Positions 36,300 to 47,793 of a DNA stretch of 64,000 nt are shown one piece after another. Under the pieces are notes generated by a model that saw nothing but the letters and a program-made list of their open reading frames with translations, was not told where the DNA came from and searched no databases. The first letter of the stretch is position 1, and every line of letters starts with the position of its first letter. The position numbers and the translations under genes are program-made. This stretch comes from Flectonema sp. DT1601 (taxonomy: Eukaryota), in the NCBI GenBank assembly GCA_964019425.1, contig OZ025789.1, forward strand, positions 1,302,001 through 1,366,000. The letters run 5' to 3'.

Positions 36300-37619
36300 A
36301 TGGTATTGTGTCGACATGGTGCTCTTGTAGATCTTTGCGGATTTTGTCCAGCTGTTGGAGACTGTGACGTCAGCACCCAACCCGGTAGCGAAGAATTCAA
36401 TATTTCAAAATCATTAGGCAGTGCTATGACTGAAAGTTCTCTTTATTCAGAAGTATGCGAAGAAACTCATAGGAGAAGATGTAGAGAACATTACAAGCTT
36501 CATACGGTTACTCCTGTTGAACATGCTGCTACTCATAACGCGACACCAATTACTCGAATTATTGAATCAAAGAAAGTTGTGAGAAAGCCTCCTGGCCCAC
36601 CACTGTCAGCCATCCCTCCACCTCTAGCAGCCACGCCAATCCCCCAGAGGTTTTCACAGCAGAGGAAGGTCCGTAAGAGAACCACAACACCACCTCAAAA
36701 GGGAGAAATCGCAACTCAAACAAGTGTTGTGTGGAAGGATGTTGAAAACAGGGAATCACAGTTAAAAAAAGAAAAACAAATAAACAGTGAACATGAAAAG
36801 CGTTTAGGTGCTGCTGTTTCACAAGCCCTAGACCACATGATGAAAGCAGAAGGTGCAGCAGATAAAGCGAACTCGATGTTTGAGGCTGCTGTTAATTTAA
36901 TGAAGGATGTTCATCTTCAGCAACCAACAATAGTCCAGCAACCAGTCCCGTACCCAGTGCCTATACCGCAGCCATCTCCACAGCAAATTGTGACTCATGC
37001 AGTACAGCACTATCCCATACCTGTTCCTATACAAGAAGTTGTAGTGCAACCTGCAATCACGCAACCTGTAGTTGACCCAATTCATTTTACTGATAAAGAT
37101 TTTGTTATTGACAGGCTTCGAAACAGAATGAGTCGCAGTAGTAAAATTAGCAATGCGAGTACGGAAAAGGAATCCCATGACAGGCCTATGTTTGGAGCAC
37201 CTCCTCTACGATATCATCAACAGCAACATCGGCAGCAGCAAAGTCAAATTGCGCAGCAGAAACGTGCTGTTTCGCGTCCGCAAACAAACACAGTGGCAGG
37301 CAAACTAGCTACAGTCAAGATTAAAAGACGTAGCGAAGCTGACTCCACAACCATCCCGTCTGAAATTCCAGACTATCAAGAAGTCGATAGTGATCATTAT
37401 TCAGTTCCTGTCATTGACTTCCGTTCAGATCACATCACTCCCCGAAACTCTGCGACTCCAATAAGCAAGGAAGCGCTTGAGTATCACGCTCGTCTGAGCA
37501 ACCGAACAGAAGACACGTTACCTCCCATTGAACAGAATGACTCGAAATTCTGGTCTGCATTCTTAAACGAGTGGAAGAAAGGAACCGCTGAAGCAGACAA
37601 ACCTTACTACCGTAGCTAA
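36300..37619 (+). CDS. Hypothetical Pro/Gln-rich protein with short coiled coil and N-terminal CxHG..CxxC motif
   Basis: Long ORF with coding-like composition. ATG 36300 follows AG acceptors. No family recognised. Confidence 0.7.
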   Translation: MVLCRHGALVDLCGFCPAVGDCDVSTQPGSEEFNISKSLGSAMTESSLYSEVCEETHRRRCREHYKLHTVTPVEHAATHNATPITRIIESKKVVRKPPGPPLSAIPPPLAATPIPQRFSQQRKVRKRTTTPPQKGEIATQTSVVWKDVENRESQLKKEKQINSEHEKRLGAAVSQALDHMMKAEGAADKANSMFEAAVNLMKDVHLQQPTIVQQPVPYPVPIPQPSPQQIVTHAVQHYPIPVPIQEVVVQPAITQPVVDPIHFTDKDFVIDRLRNRMSRSSKISNASTEKESHDRPMFGAPPLRYHQQQHRQQQSQIAQQKRAVSRPQTNTVAGKLATVKIKRRSEADSTTIPSEIPDYQEVDSDHYSVPVIDFRSDHITPRNSATPISKEALEYHARLSNRTEDTLPPIEQNDSKFWSAFLNEWKKGTAEADKPYYRS

Positions 37620-37981
37620 CGTATCCTCACGGTAGGTGATGACTTAACGTCGTCCGCTACGAAACTTGTTTAAATAATTAGTGCTTTACTGTATCTTGTG
37701 TTGAGCGTTTGTTTCTTATTGGTACTGACATTGTATAGATATTATGGTTGTTAAAGAAAACGTAATTTCTTTTTTTTTTTTTTTTCTTGTATTAAACTTA
37801 TATAAAAATATAAAAAAAACCTCGTCTTGCGCTTGGGGCATTGCCCGAGATAGATTCTGCACAGAAGAGGAAAAGAAAGAAAGGAAAAAAAAAATAAAAA
37901 AATAAATAGATTATTTTTAATTTTTTTGTTTTTCAGATTCGGTACTCATCAAAGCTTGTGATACTTAGCTGATTGTACGTC

Positions 37982-38012
<31 letters not shown>

Positions 38013-38067
38013 GATCTTCAAAAAATAATTATTTATCTTAGTTGTTACAGCCCCTCTCTTATTTATA

Positions 38068-38739
38068 ATGTCATTGTTACGAAGTTTATTCGCACAGTGT
38101 CGGTACTTTCGAAGTAGTATGGGAAGAGGTGGTGGTAGAACCGAAGTAAAGGATAATTACGCTGAATACATGGCGTTAGAATCACAGAAACTACTATCTA
38201 ATCACGGAATGGATAAGTTACAGTTAGAATTGAGTCACAACGTTTCTCCAATTGCGAAGCTTCGACTAACTCACTACAACCCTGAAGAAGAATTAACGTT
38301 ATCGAGGAGATTAGAGAAACGTGAAGAGAATGCTTTAAGAACAAGAATGAAAGACTTGGAAAGAAGTTCTCATCAAGCTGTATTCAAACAAGCTCGTAAA
38401 TTAGAAAAACATCAAAATAGGCTCAAGAGTCTTGTATTAAATAAGTACCCAGGGTCTAGAGACTACGTCAGATATGTCAGTTGTGAAGGAATGCCTGCCG
38501 ACCAAACTTTAGCAGGCGCCATGAGAGAGAAGGTGACTGCCGCAACATCTCCGACGGAATTTATCCAAAAAATGAAGAATCCGGGTTCTCGTGAATATGA
38601 ACAGACACGTGGAATGGGTTATGCTGCTGCTCGTCAGCAGCGTGCTGCTGAGAACCATCTCAGTAATAAACTTCTGAATCGTCCTCCTGAACACGTCCCT
38701 AGTCACGGAGTGACATCTGGTACTCATAGTTTTAGGTAG
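38068..38739 (+). CDS. Hypothetical basic protein, possibly mitochondrial
   Basis: 223 aa ORF after a TTACAG acceptor. The N-terminus MSLLRSLFAQCRYFRSS is Arg/Ser/Leu-rich with no acidic residues, like a presequence. Confidence 0.7.
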   Translation: MSLLRSLFAQCRYFRSSMGRGGGRTEVKDNYAEYMALESQKLLSNHGMDKLQLELSHNVSPIAKLRLTHYNPEEELTLSRRLEKREENALRTRMKDLERSSHQAVFKQARKLEKHQNRLKSLVLNKYPGSRDYVRYVSCEGMPADQTLAGAMREKVTAATSPTEFIQKMKNPGSREYEQTRGMGYAAARQQRAAENHLSNKLLNRPPEHVPSHGVTSGTHSFR

Positions 38740-39028
38740 TCGTTAAGACCTAGACACAGGAAATTATTACCATACTCTTCAATGTTTTGAAGCTCTAACT
38801 GGTTCTTTATCGCCACCTGTCGTAAGACTTTGTTGTCATCATCTAAAGCAGTGTTTGTATAACATAGAACAGCTGATCTCGTGTAGCACGATTCGAAGTA
38901 TTTACTTTTCGTGAGTAATATTTATAGTGGTAGTTGTTGGTTTATAGTTTTTTTAAAATATCTTTTTTTTTTTTTTTTTTTTGTATCAGGTGCGGCAAGA
39001 ATTAATAAAAAGGGAGAAGGGGTTAAAA

Positions 39029-42000
39029 ATGCCGAGCTACCGCGGGGCTATGGAGCTGGCTCCGGATTTTGAGGAGACAGAAATCATTTCTTCGATATTC
39101 GTAAATCCGATCGGAACACAACCAACAAAGCACCAAGTCGTACCAGATAGGTCTCTTCAACCTAATGAAGATCCTCAAAGAAGAGGAATTCTAACTCCAC
39201 CATCAATCAGAGCGTCTGAGTTCACAACGTTAGTTTCTTGCAATACTCCTATTGGGAGTTATTTGTCGTCTTTGAGGTTAGAAATGTACACAAGTAAGAT
39301 GAAACAAGAAGGCTATGACGAAGCTGGTGACTTAGAAGGAATGTGTAAGGATGAATTGATTGAGATTGGGGTTAAAGCTGGACACGCACAGAGGATTTTA
39401 AATGCATTGAGAATTGGATTAGATCAGCATCCAGTGTTATCACCACCAACACTGCAGTCTACTACAGCAACTACTAATATTGTACCGCAACCGATGTTTG
39501 ATGAATCGGAAAGAGAAGCTTCATTCTCACCAGTAGCTATATCTGAGTTCTCTGTAGATGCTGGATGTGTTAGCGCTGCTCCAGAACCAGACTATCAATT
39601 GATCAGTGCTAACTTAGCTGATGCTTTATCAGCTGATCAGTATCTTCTAATGTCTACGATAATAAAATCTAATCTCAAGTCTCAGCATGACTACAATTCG
39701 GTCTCTCATTTCTTCCCTAAAAAACGATTCAACGGAATTCTTCACAAAGCCTTAGAAGAACTCCCTGCGCAAAGGTTAGACAATATAAAAGAACATTTTA
39801 GTGAGGTTGGAATTGTTGTTGATTGGACGAAAAAACAAACAGCACCACCACCTCAACCACCAGCACCTGTTCGACGTGATTCTGTGAGTAGTGTTGTAAG
39901 TATGAAGAGAAGTGATAGTGCTAAACAGCATGAAATGGATTTAATAAATCAAATTAAGTCTCTCGAGGAAAGCCTTCGTGAAAAAGAGAGAGACCACGCA
40001 ATAGAAATGGACAAGGCAAGAGATCGTGACACGGAATATGAACGTGTCATTACTTCACTGAAAGCAGACTCCAATCAAACAACTGAACTTGAAGCAAAAG
40101 TATCACAGCTGACTTCTGAGCTGTCTCACAGAGATAATCAAATTACTGATCTCAGTGACAAACTTGAGAAGGCTGCAGCCGCTAGCTCAAATAGTGAACA
40201 GCAGCAGTTTCAATTTCCTAGTCACTTCGTTGACTATCAAAGCTCGTTATTCAATTCCTTCACTGCTGCTCTTTCACGATTAGCGAAGATATCTTTTGAA
40301 GCAGAGTACACAACTAGCGAAGTGCTTCTCAATTCAAACACAGAGATTTCTAATCTGAAAACCCAACTTGCTGAATCTGTCGCAGCCGCAGCCGCTGCAG
40401 CAGCTGATGCAGCAGCTGATGCGAGGAGTGAAAAGTCCGACAAAAGTTCAAAAAGTTCAAAAAGTAGTAAAAGCGATTCCAGCAAGAAACGTAAAGACAA
40501 GAAGAAAGCAAAGAAGGAAAAGGAGGAGCAGGAACCAGAGGAGGAGCAGCAAGAACCAAACGAAGATGTAAAGGTCTCGAAAGAAATTCCTGAGGAACCA
40601 GCAAGTCCAGAACCCGAAGAGGAAGAAAAATCACCAACCGAACCAGAACCAGAATCAGAACCAGAACCAGAACCAGAACCGAAAGCAGCTGAAGAAAAAC
40701 AATCGGAACCTGAAGAGGAGGAAGCTCCAAAACAAAACGTGCCATCAGAAGAAGAAGAGCAAGCAAAAGAAGAATCGGAGGAGGAACCAGCACAGGAAGA
40801 ACCACCAAAAGAAGAACCACAGGAAGAGGAACCGGAACCTGCGCAGGAGCAACCAAAAGAATCGGAAGCAGCAGACGATGAGGAAGAGGAAGAGGAAGAA
40901 GACCACTTCAAACGACCGTCTGACCTCGTTCTTGATTTCGCCCTTGATGCCTTCTCTCAAACATTCAACTGTCTTGTTCCAACCCGTCCGTGGAGCGATC
41001 ACATTAAGATGTGGAAAACACTCTGCGAGAAACAAGAGGGTGCCGTATTTGAAGATTGGGCCAAGGCACCATTCCCTGGATTACTGAAGTACAGAATAAC
41101 TCAATTCTACTCAATGACACCTGCTGGAGGAGGAAACGCAGAAGGTCTCACAGGTAAGATAATGGCAGGTGCTAGGACAATGGAAGTATTAACAGAAGAG
41201 CTTTGTGCTAAATATCCAGAACCAGGTACTTTAGAATGTTGGCAAGGTGACTATCCATCAGCTCTACGAGACGAAGATTCTATCGATTTGGTGTTTCAAG
41301 TACTGAGAGAGCAATTGTCTGGTAAGACAGGAGAAGTCGGAGAAGTCCACAAACAAGTGTTGTACCGAAAGATGTCACTTGAGAATGCTCTTCAGAAACT
41401 CTCTGAATTGGAGGACGTTGATATCAATCCCAGCCACTGGTTAGCGAGAAATCCTAAAAGCTGTATTAAATACATTCTAATGAAATTCTTTGAACAACAC
41501 CGAGTTGAAGATGAACATAACATTGACCACTTTAAACAAGAAACAGAAGAAGCAATAAAACAATTATCAGAAGAGTTCGCCTTTCATGATCTTATGGCAA
41601 AGCTTTGCCAAGAGAGAAGTGAGATGGGTGCGTCAATTGCTTTGTGGCAGGGAGCGTTTCCGTTGGCGTTACAAAAAGAATTTGATTTCAAGCAATGGCT
41701 ACTTGAAAGATCCATACCAGAAGACAAGGATATCGACTACAATGAAATCCTAGGCCTAGCCACCTCTGAGGGAGATGTTCTCGACAACATGTGGTATAAA
41801 TATGAACAAAGTTGGCAACTTAGTGACGAACATTTCCATTTTATGAGATTTCCGTTGGTAGTTAGGTTTACATTAGATGCGTTTTATATTTCCTTTGCTC
41901 CTGAGAAGCTTACTTTAGTGTATGATCTGGTTAAAAAGATATGTGACGATCCCGACCCAGAACAAAGACTTCATGCAATCCTCGGTAGAATGGTTCAAAA

Positions 42001-42295
42001 CTATGGAGAGCAAGGTGCTAAACTACCAGACTGGCAATACACAGATCAACACGATCCTCTTGGGCCTACAGAATACTTTTACAAGAGATTTTTTGAGCTT
42101 CAGTACGAAGGTGCAGCCGAGGAACACTTACAAAAGGTTCCTCAGTTAGTACAAGCTGTTGCTAAGGCTGGTAGAGAACAGTCATTCGAAGTTAAAATGA
42201 ATCAACTTGCTGCGATGTACGAAAAAGAACAATTTCGAATTCCGATTGAGGACTGGGACGGTGAGTATCCATTTGCTCTTCGTGATGGATGGTAG
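39029..42295 (+). CDS. SAM-domain protein with coiled coil, Glu/Pro-rich linker and C-terminal helical repeats
   Basis: SAM motif YLSSLRLEMYTSKMKQEGYD..DL..DELIEIGVKAGHAQRILNAL, EPEPE linker and recurring W-x-G-x-(Y/F)-P-x-A-L. ATG 39029 follows poly-T and a TATCAG acceptor. Confidence 0.8.
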   Translation: MPSYRGAMELAPDFEETEIISSIFVNPIGTQPTKHQVVPDRSLQPNEDPQRRGILTPPSIRASEFTTLVSCNTPIGSYLSSLRLEMYTSKMKQEGYDEAGDLEGMCKDELIEIGVKAGHAQRILNALRIGLDQHPVLSPPTLQSTTATTNIVPQPMFDESEREASFSPVAISEFSVDAGCVSAAPEPDYQLISANLADALSADQYLLMSTIIKSNLKSQHDYNSVSHFFPKKRFNGILHKALEELPAQRLDNIKEHFSEVGIVVDWTKKQTAPPPQPPAPVRRDSVSSVVSMKRSDSAKQHEMDLINQIKSLEESLREKERDHAIEMDKARDRDTEYERVITSLKADSNQTTELEAKVSQLTSELSHRDNQITDLSDKLEKAAAASSNSEQQQFQFPSHFVDYQSSLFNSFTAALSRLAKISFEAEYTTSEVLLNSNTEISNLKTQLAESVAAAAAAAADAAADARSEKSDKSSKSSKSSKSDSSKKRKDKKKAKKEKEEQEPEEEQQEPNEDVKVSKEIPEEPASPEPEEEEKSPTEPEPESEPEPEPEPKAAEEKQSEPEEEEAPKQNVPSEEEEQAKEESEEEPAQEEPPKEEPQEEEPEPAQEQPKESEAADDEEEEEEEDHFKRPSDLVLDFALDAFSQTFNCLVPTRPWSDHIKMWKTLCEKQEGAVFEDWAKAPFPGLLKYRITQFYSMTPAGGGNAEGLTGKIMAGARTMEVLTEELCAKYPEPGTLECWQGDYPSALRDEDSIDLVFQVLREQLSGKTGEVGEVHKQVLYRKMSLENALQKLSELEDVDINPSHWLARNPKSCIKYILMKFFEQHRVEDEHNIDHFKQETEEAIKQLSEEFAFHDLMAKLCQERSEMGASIALWQGAFPLALQKEFDFKQWLLERSIPEDKDIDYNEILGLATSEGDVLDNMWYKYEQSWQLSDEHFHFMRFPLVVRFTLDAFYISFAPEKLTLVYDLVKKICDDPDPEQRLHAILGRMVQNYGEQGAKLPDWQYTDQHDPLGPTEYFYKRFFELQYEGAAEEHLQKVPQLVQAVAKAGREQSFEVKMNQLAAMYEKEQFRIPIEDWDGEYPFALRDGW

Positions 42296-42708
42296 AAAGC
42301 AGTGACACCTTTGAAGTGTATTTTTTCTTTCTTATTTTTTTCCCCTGTCTCTTTCTCTCCCTCTTCTCTTTCCTGTACGAAAATAACAATAATAATGTTC
42401 TCGTGATTTTACGAATAGATGAACCATATTTTAATTAGAAAAAAAAAAAAGAAGAAAAAAACCTAAAGAAAAATAAAGAAGGAACAAGAAGAAACAGAAA
42501 ACTGTATTGTAGTGAACGTGTTATTTTAAGAAGAAATAGTGAACAGCGAAATTTCACATTTGTGTCCAACAGGAGTAGTTATATATTATAATTTATGGGG
42601 GTCTGAGGACACATGTAGATGACGGTGTGGCTCTTTCTCGTTCGCATTCTTTATTATATTAGATGGTACAATTATTTTATAAAACAGGGGATTTCAATGG
42701 TGTAGAAT

Positions 42709-45388
42709 ATGGAAATTGACAGGACTCTTCCGCAATCACCAGCCCCAGGAACTGAGGGGCATAAGAGAGGAGGGAGTAGAGGAAGACTTTCACCCGCTAC
42801 ACCTGATCCTATCGGACCAGCTCAAAGAAGTATTTTAGCAAAGTTAGCACCGTCAAGAGGTCGTAGCCCATCACCAGTTGAGTTTAGAAACTTATCACCA
42901 GCCAGATGTTTCTCAAGTCAAAGAGGAAGACAAGCAGAGAGAACATCACAACCTCAAAAACAAAAACACAGTCATTCAAAGTGTTGTAAATCTCACAAGG
43001 ATGAAGCTGCGAATTCAAAAAAGAAACTTAGCTACTTAAGAAGTGAATTTATTTCTCTAAAAAACGAAGTTGAAGGAATCAGAGATGCAAAAGACTCCGT
43101 TATCAAGACTTTACAACAAGAGATTACCCAACTTAAGAATACCTGCAGTCAAGCCAACAACGAAGAGGAAATATTAAAACTAAAAGAAAACAACAAAGAA
43201 AATGAAGCAGCTTTACATAAACAAATCAACCAGCTGAAACAGAGTAAGAGAGATGCACTTATTGAAGCAGAAGATATCCTTCAGGATAAACTAAATAAAA
43301 TTAAAAAAGAAAATTCAAATCACCTAGACGATGAAATATTTAAAGCAACTGACAAACTAACGGAAGAGTTAACCACAGCACAGGAGGAAATTAAAAATCT
43401 TCAAAAAACCAACTCTGAAGCTTTAGGTATTCAAAACAATCTGCAGCAAGAACTCTCCCAAGCTACTGAAGAGATGAAAGCCTCTCAGAGAACATGTGAC
43501 TCACTACAAGAAGATATTGATAACTTACAAATTAAACATAAAGAGGATATAGATGAGGTCAGAAATGAAAATCAAGAAGTAATCGACGACATGAATTCAA
43601 GAATAAGTGAACTAGAAAAGGATGTCGCAAAGGAAGGAGGAAAGGCTGGAGAATTAGAGATTGAACTTTCTGAAACCAGAAATGCTGTTTCTGAATCAGA
43701 AACACGTATTCAAGGTTATAAGGATGATTTGATTGCAAAGGATGAACAGATAGCAAACACTGAATCAACAGTTGACTCACTACACCAGGAACACAGTCAA
43801 CAAATTCAAAATCTTCGATCGAACCACGACACTGAAATCACATCTCTCCAACAGTCTCTCACATCAGTCAGCAGTCAGCTAACTGTAATGAGATCATCTC
43901 TTGAAAGGGAACAACACAACGTTACTGAACTAAAAGAAAAACTCTCCGACAAAGAAGGTTCTCTCACTGCTCTTGAAGAAGAGGTTAACGTCACTCACGT
44001 ATGTCTTTCTTTTTTGATTCACAATTAGAATAATAAAACCTTTGATTCCCCGTTCTTAGTGTAATTAATCAAAAACAGGGATACAACCATCTCCTTGAAG
44101 AGCGTAATGAGGAATTTCAAAAAAGACTCAACAAAATGGAAGTATGTATTTCATAAAGTGTTTTCATAAGTAGGTGTCGTTGTTCTTTTTATCAAATAAT
44201 AAATATAACAACAATCAGACTCGACTCACTACTGCTACAGATCGTGAAAAACTGACTGGAACAGAAATGTCTGCTCGCGTAGAGGAATTGACGTCCGAAG
44301 TGGAAGAGTTGCGAGAAAATAAAAACGAACTCACAGCTGACAGAGAGAAGTCACTCGCGTTGTTCGATTCCCTGCAATCAAGATTCGAAACCAACGAAGA
44401 GCGACTGTCCCACACCGAACGTGACAATGAATCCATGAGACAAGAGTTGGAATTATTAAGACAGAAATCATCTGAAGCCGAGTCACTTGCCATTCGCTGT
44501 GAAGAACTCGAATCAGAAAAAGATGAACGTCATCGAACAGCTGAGGAACTCGGAAATCGAAATGAGGAACTTACAAATCAAGTCAACGAAGTTAATTATA
44601 AAAAAGGTGAACTAGAATCTGAAAGAAGACGACTACTTGAACGTGTTACTGGACTTGAAGTTGGTCAACAAGAACTTGCTCAACTACAAGCAAGACTTAG
44701 AAGTGATAATCAAAGATTATCTTCAGAATTAACAAGACGATCTGCAACTCCATTCGATCCAGAAACAGCTAAACAGGGAGCAATGGGACTCGATCTCGAT
44801 GCGAACACTTTAGTAATAACGAAAGTAATTCCTGGAGGTCCCTCACATGCAGCTGGTATGAAAAAAGGAGATAAAATTATCGGCATTAAAACAGAAACAG
44901 ACGACGCAGTAATCCCTATTGAGTGTGTTCACGTTCTCAGATCGACATTATCAATTGCTGGAGGTGTTAGTGAAGGATCTTCTGTTGATGTCGTAGTAGT
45001 TCGAAAAGGGATGAAAATTACATTTCAACTCCGACTTGTTAGAGATGATGGAAGTGTTGTAAATACAACAAAAAGACATTTGAAAGGACTTCGATCAGAA
45101 TTCCCTCACATTGATGTGAATAGAGTTGCGAAACTTGCAACTTCTGAAGCACATCTCCATGATGAACTTCTCAACCATTTGGGATCTGGTGATCACTTAG
45201 CAATTGAAGCTGTTCACGCTGGTCTACAATCACTTAATACTTCTTTAGGCATTCCATTGTTCTCGGCAGCAACGGTAAATAGTATTTATCCAAGAGATAG
45301 TTATACAGTTACTCCTTATGATTTATTAACACAGTTAAAAACTGTTTTTTACTCATCTCTCAGAGCACTTGAGCTGGGATCTCATTAG
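42709..45388 (+). CDS. Long coiled-coil protein with C-terminal PDZ domain; exons 42709-43998, 44079-44141 and 44219-45388 (~840 aa)
   Basis: Two phase-0 GTATGT...CAG introns join the track ORFs through a 63-nt exon (GYNHLLEERNEEFQKRLNKME). PDZ motif GAMGLDL..LVITKVIPGGPSHAAGMKKGDKII. Confidence 0.85.
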
Positions 45389-45718
45389 AATGTTTATTTA
45401 TTTTTTTTTTTTGTCCCTTTTCCTTCTCCCCTCTGTTTGTTAATTTTTTTTTTCTGTCTGCAATTTCATTGAAAAAAAAACTAACAAACAATTCAACTGT
45501 ACATCCGATATTTTTTGTGATATAATAAAAAAAAAACCTTGTAATTTCTTTTTTTAACAAAAAAAAAAAAAAAAAAGCTGTTTAGACTTCGTTGTTGTTA
45601 TTTTTAAAAAAAAAAAAAAAACTTTAATGTTTTAAAGTTTTGTAGTAATTATAATATTATAAAGTTTTTTTTTAAATTTTTTTCTCAAATAGACGAAAAT
45701 TTAAAAAAAAATATTAAA

Positions 45719-46276
45719 ATGAGTCGGGGAGGAGCAATCCGATTCAACGAAGTAAATGACGTCCCGTATGGTGCTTTTAATATCATGTCACCTCACCCTG
45801 TGGTGATTCGACACGTTGCATACCCCAGCGCGTATCATTTCTTCTTATGTCAGAAGTTCAGAGGTTCTGAATACGAATACATTATAAGACAAGCTAATTC
45901 ACTTTGGGAAGTCGATCGCTATGTTAGAAGAGCTGAAGGTCTTCAGAGATCTGATTGGGAAAGTGAAAAGATAGAATGTATGCTTCTAGCGATGTATTAC
46001 AAATTCAAACAGAATCCTGAAATACAACTTCTAATCCTCAGCACTGGTAGTAGAGTGTTGGTGAATCACATTCCAAATGATTACTTCTGGGGTGATGGTG
46101 GTGATGGCTCTGGTAAAAATATAATCGGTGTTATTCTGATGGCGGTGCGAAAACGAATTGCATCGGAAGAAAAAGTCAAACGCAGGAATGAAGCTTTCAG
46201 ACAAAACACCTCTAGACGCGATGATCCAACACAAACAGTATCATCACCGCGGAAACAACTATCTGGAAATGGGTGA
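45719..46276 (+). CDS. NADAR / YbiA-like (DUF1768) family protein, divergent
   Basis: YPSAYHFFLCQKF, RSDWE..K, KFKQNP..LILSTG and NDYFWGDGGDGSGKNIIGVILMAVR match the YbiA/NADAR pattern. Confidence 0.88.
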   Translation: MSRGGAIRFNEVNDVPYGAFNIMSPHPVVIRHVAYPSAYHFFLCQKFRGSEYEYIIRQANSLWEVDRYVRRAEGLQRSDWESEKIECMLLAMYYKFKQNPEIQLLILSTGSRVLVNHIPNDYFWGDGGDGSGKNIIGVILMAVRKRIASEEKVKRRNEAFRQNTSRRDDPTQTVSSPRKQLSGNG

Positions 46277-46520
46277 AGATTTGAAAATTTATATACACAC
46301 AATTATGCATGTCTTGGTTAAGTTTCCACTTACACTCGGATTTACATCTTTTTTTTTAAAAAAAAATAAAATCTGTTTTATTGGTTTTGGTTCTCTCTAA
46401 GGTACTAACCACCACTGTTCTGGTTATTAAAAATTATTGAAAAAAAAAAAAATCGTAATTTTATTTTACACAGGAAGTGGGTACAAAAAAAACCCATCTC
46501 CCTCCCCAAACCGAATAATA

Positions 46521-47793
46521 ATGGGGAATTTATCACCAGTGCGGTTACTCATATCGTGTGTAGCGTTGTCTTTAGTTGTGTATACGTTTGTATATGTGAG
46601 TTTCTTCTTTGGAGTAGTACTGCTGTACGTAACAAAGGTAGCAGGTATAGAAATCATCCCTGGATGGGGTTCCTTACAGGATCAGGTATGAATAAGTCTG
46701 TAGTGTTGTTACAATACTTTGATATAAAAAAAAATAAAAAAAAACAGTTGGTGTACAGCAGTATGCTTGCTAGGAGTGATATCTTACCCGCTCCAATAAC
46801 AACAAAGGAAGAGGATAATTTAGAAAATGATAAATTTAGATTAGGAGTTAGTGGAATGCAGGGATGGAGAAGACGAATGGAAGATGCACATCTCAATTTG
46901 TTGAATCTGTCAAAGACACATCCAAATCATAGTTTTTTTGGTATGTTTATTTTTGTTATTTAGAAAATAATAAGTAATTCTCTCGTAAGCAAAAATTTTA
47001 ATAACAATTTTCAGGTGTTTTTGACGGACACAGCGGACCAGAAACATCAACCTGGACCGCACGCAACCTACCAACGCATATCGAATCGACAACACACTTT
47101 GATAAACAGGATTATGAATCAGCTTTGACTGCTGGTTTTATATCCGTCGACAGAGAGCTCAGAAAACAGCAAATCCCCGGAGGAAGTACTGGAGTCACGG
47201 CTCTAATAACTCCTCAAGGTCAGATTTATTGCGCAAATGTAGGAGATAGTCGCTGTGTGATATCAAAGAAAGGAGTCGCTATCGATTTATCAATTGATCA
47301 TAAGCCAACACTACCAGCTGAACATCGAAGAATAACGAAAGGAAATGGATATGTTCAAAATGGTAGAGTGTTGGGAACGTTGGCAATGAGCAGGGCGTTT
47401 GGTGATTTTATGTTTAAAGGAAACAATGAGGATCCTGCTGACGACATCGTTACAGTAGTTCCTGAAATTATAACAACAAAACTAACTCATGATATGGATT
47501 TTATGATTGTTGCTTGTGATGGGATATGGGATTGTATGAGTAGTCAAGAAGCTGTGGATTACGTTTCATCGAGGCTTACTCCTGATTGTTGTCTTTCAGA
47601 AATCTGTTCATCTTTGTTTGGTAATATTTTATCACCAAAGCCGTTTGGTATTGGATGCGATAACATGTCAATGATGATAATCCAATTTAAACACGATGGT
47701 TCAAGTGATGAACAAGTATCCGAAACTAACGGATGTGAATCAAACGGCGACACCCCTGACGATGAAAAAACAAACGGATCTGAACACAAATAA
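46521..47793 (+). CDS. Protein phosphatase 2C (PPM family) with N-terminal TM segment; exons 46521-46685, 46748-46940 and 47015-47793 (~378 aa)
   Basis: MQGWRRRMEDAH, spliced FFG|VFDGHSG, ANVGDSRC, DHKP, LAMSRAFGD, ACDGIWD and GCDNMS. Introns 46686-46747 and 46941-47014 are GT-AG and keep the frame. Confidence 0.92.

Noticed and set aside
40237..41035. Minus-strand Ser-rich 224 aa ORF and neighbours
   Set aside because: Antisense shadow of the Glu/Pro-rich linker of the + strand gene.
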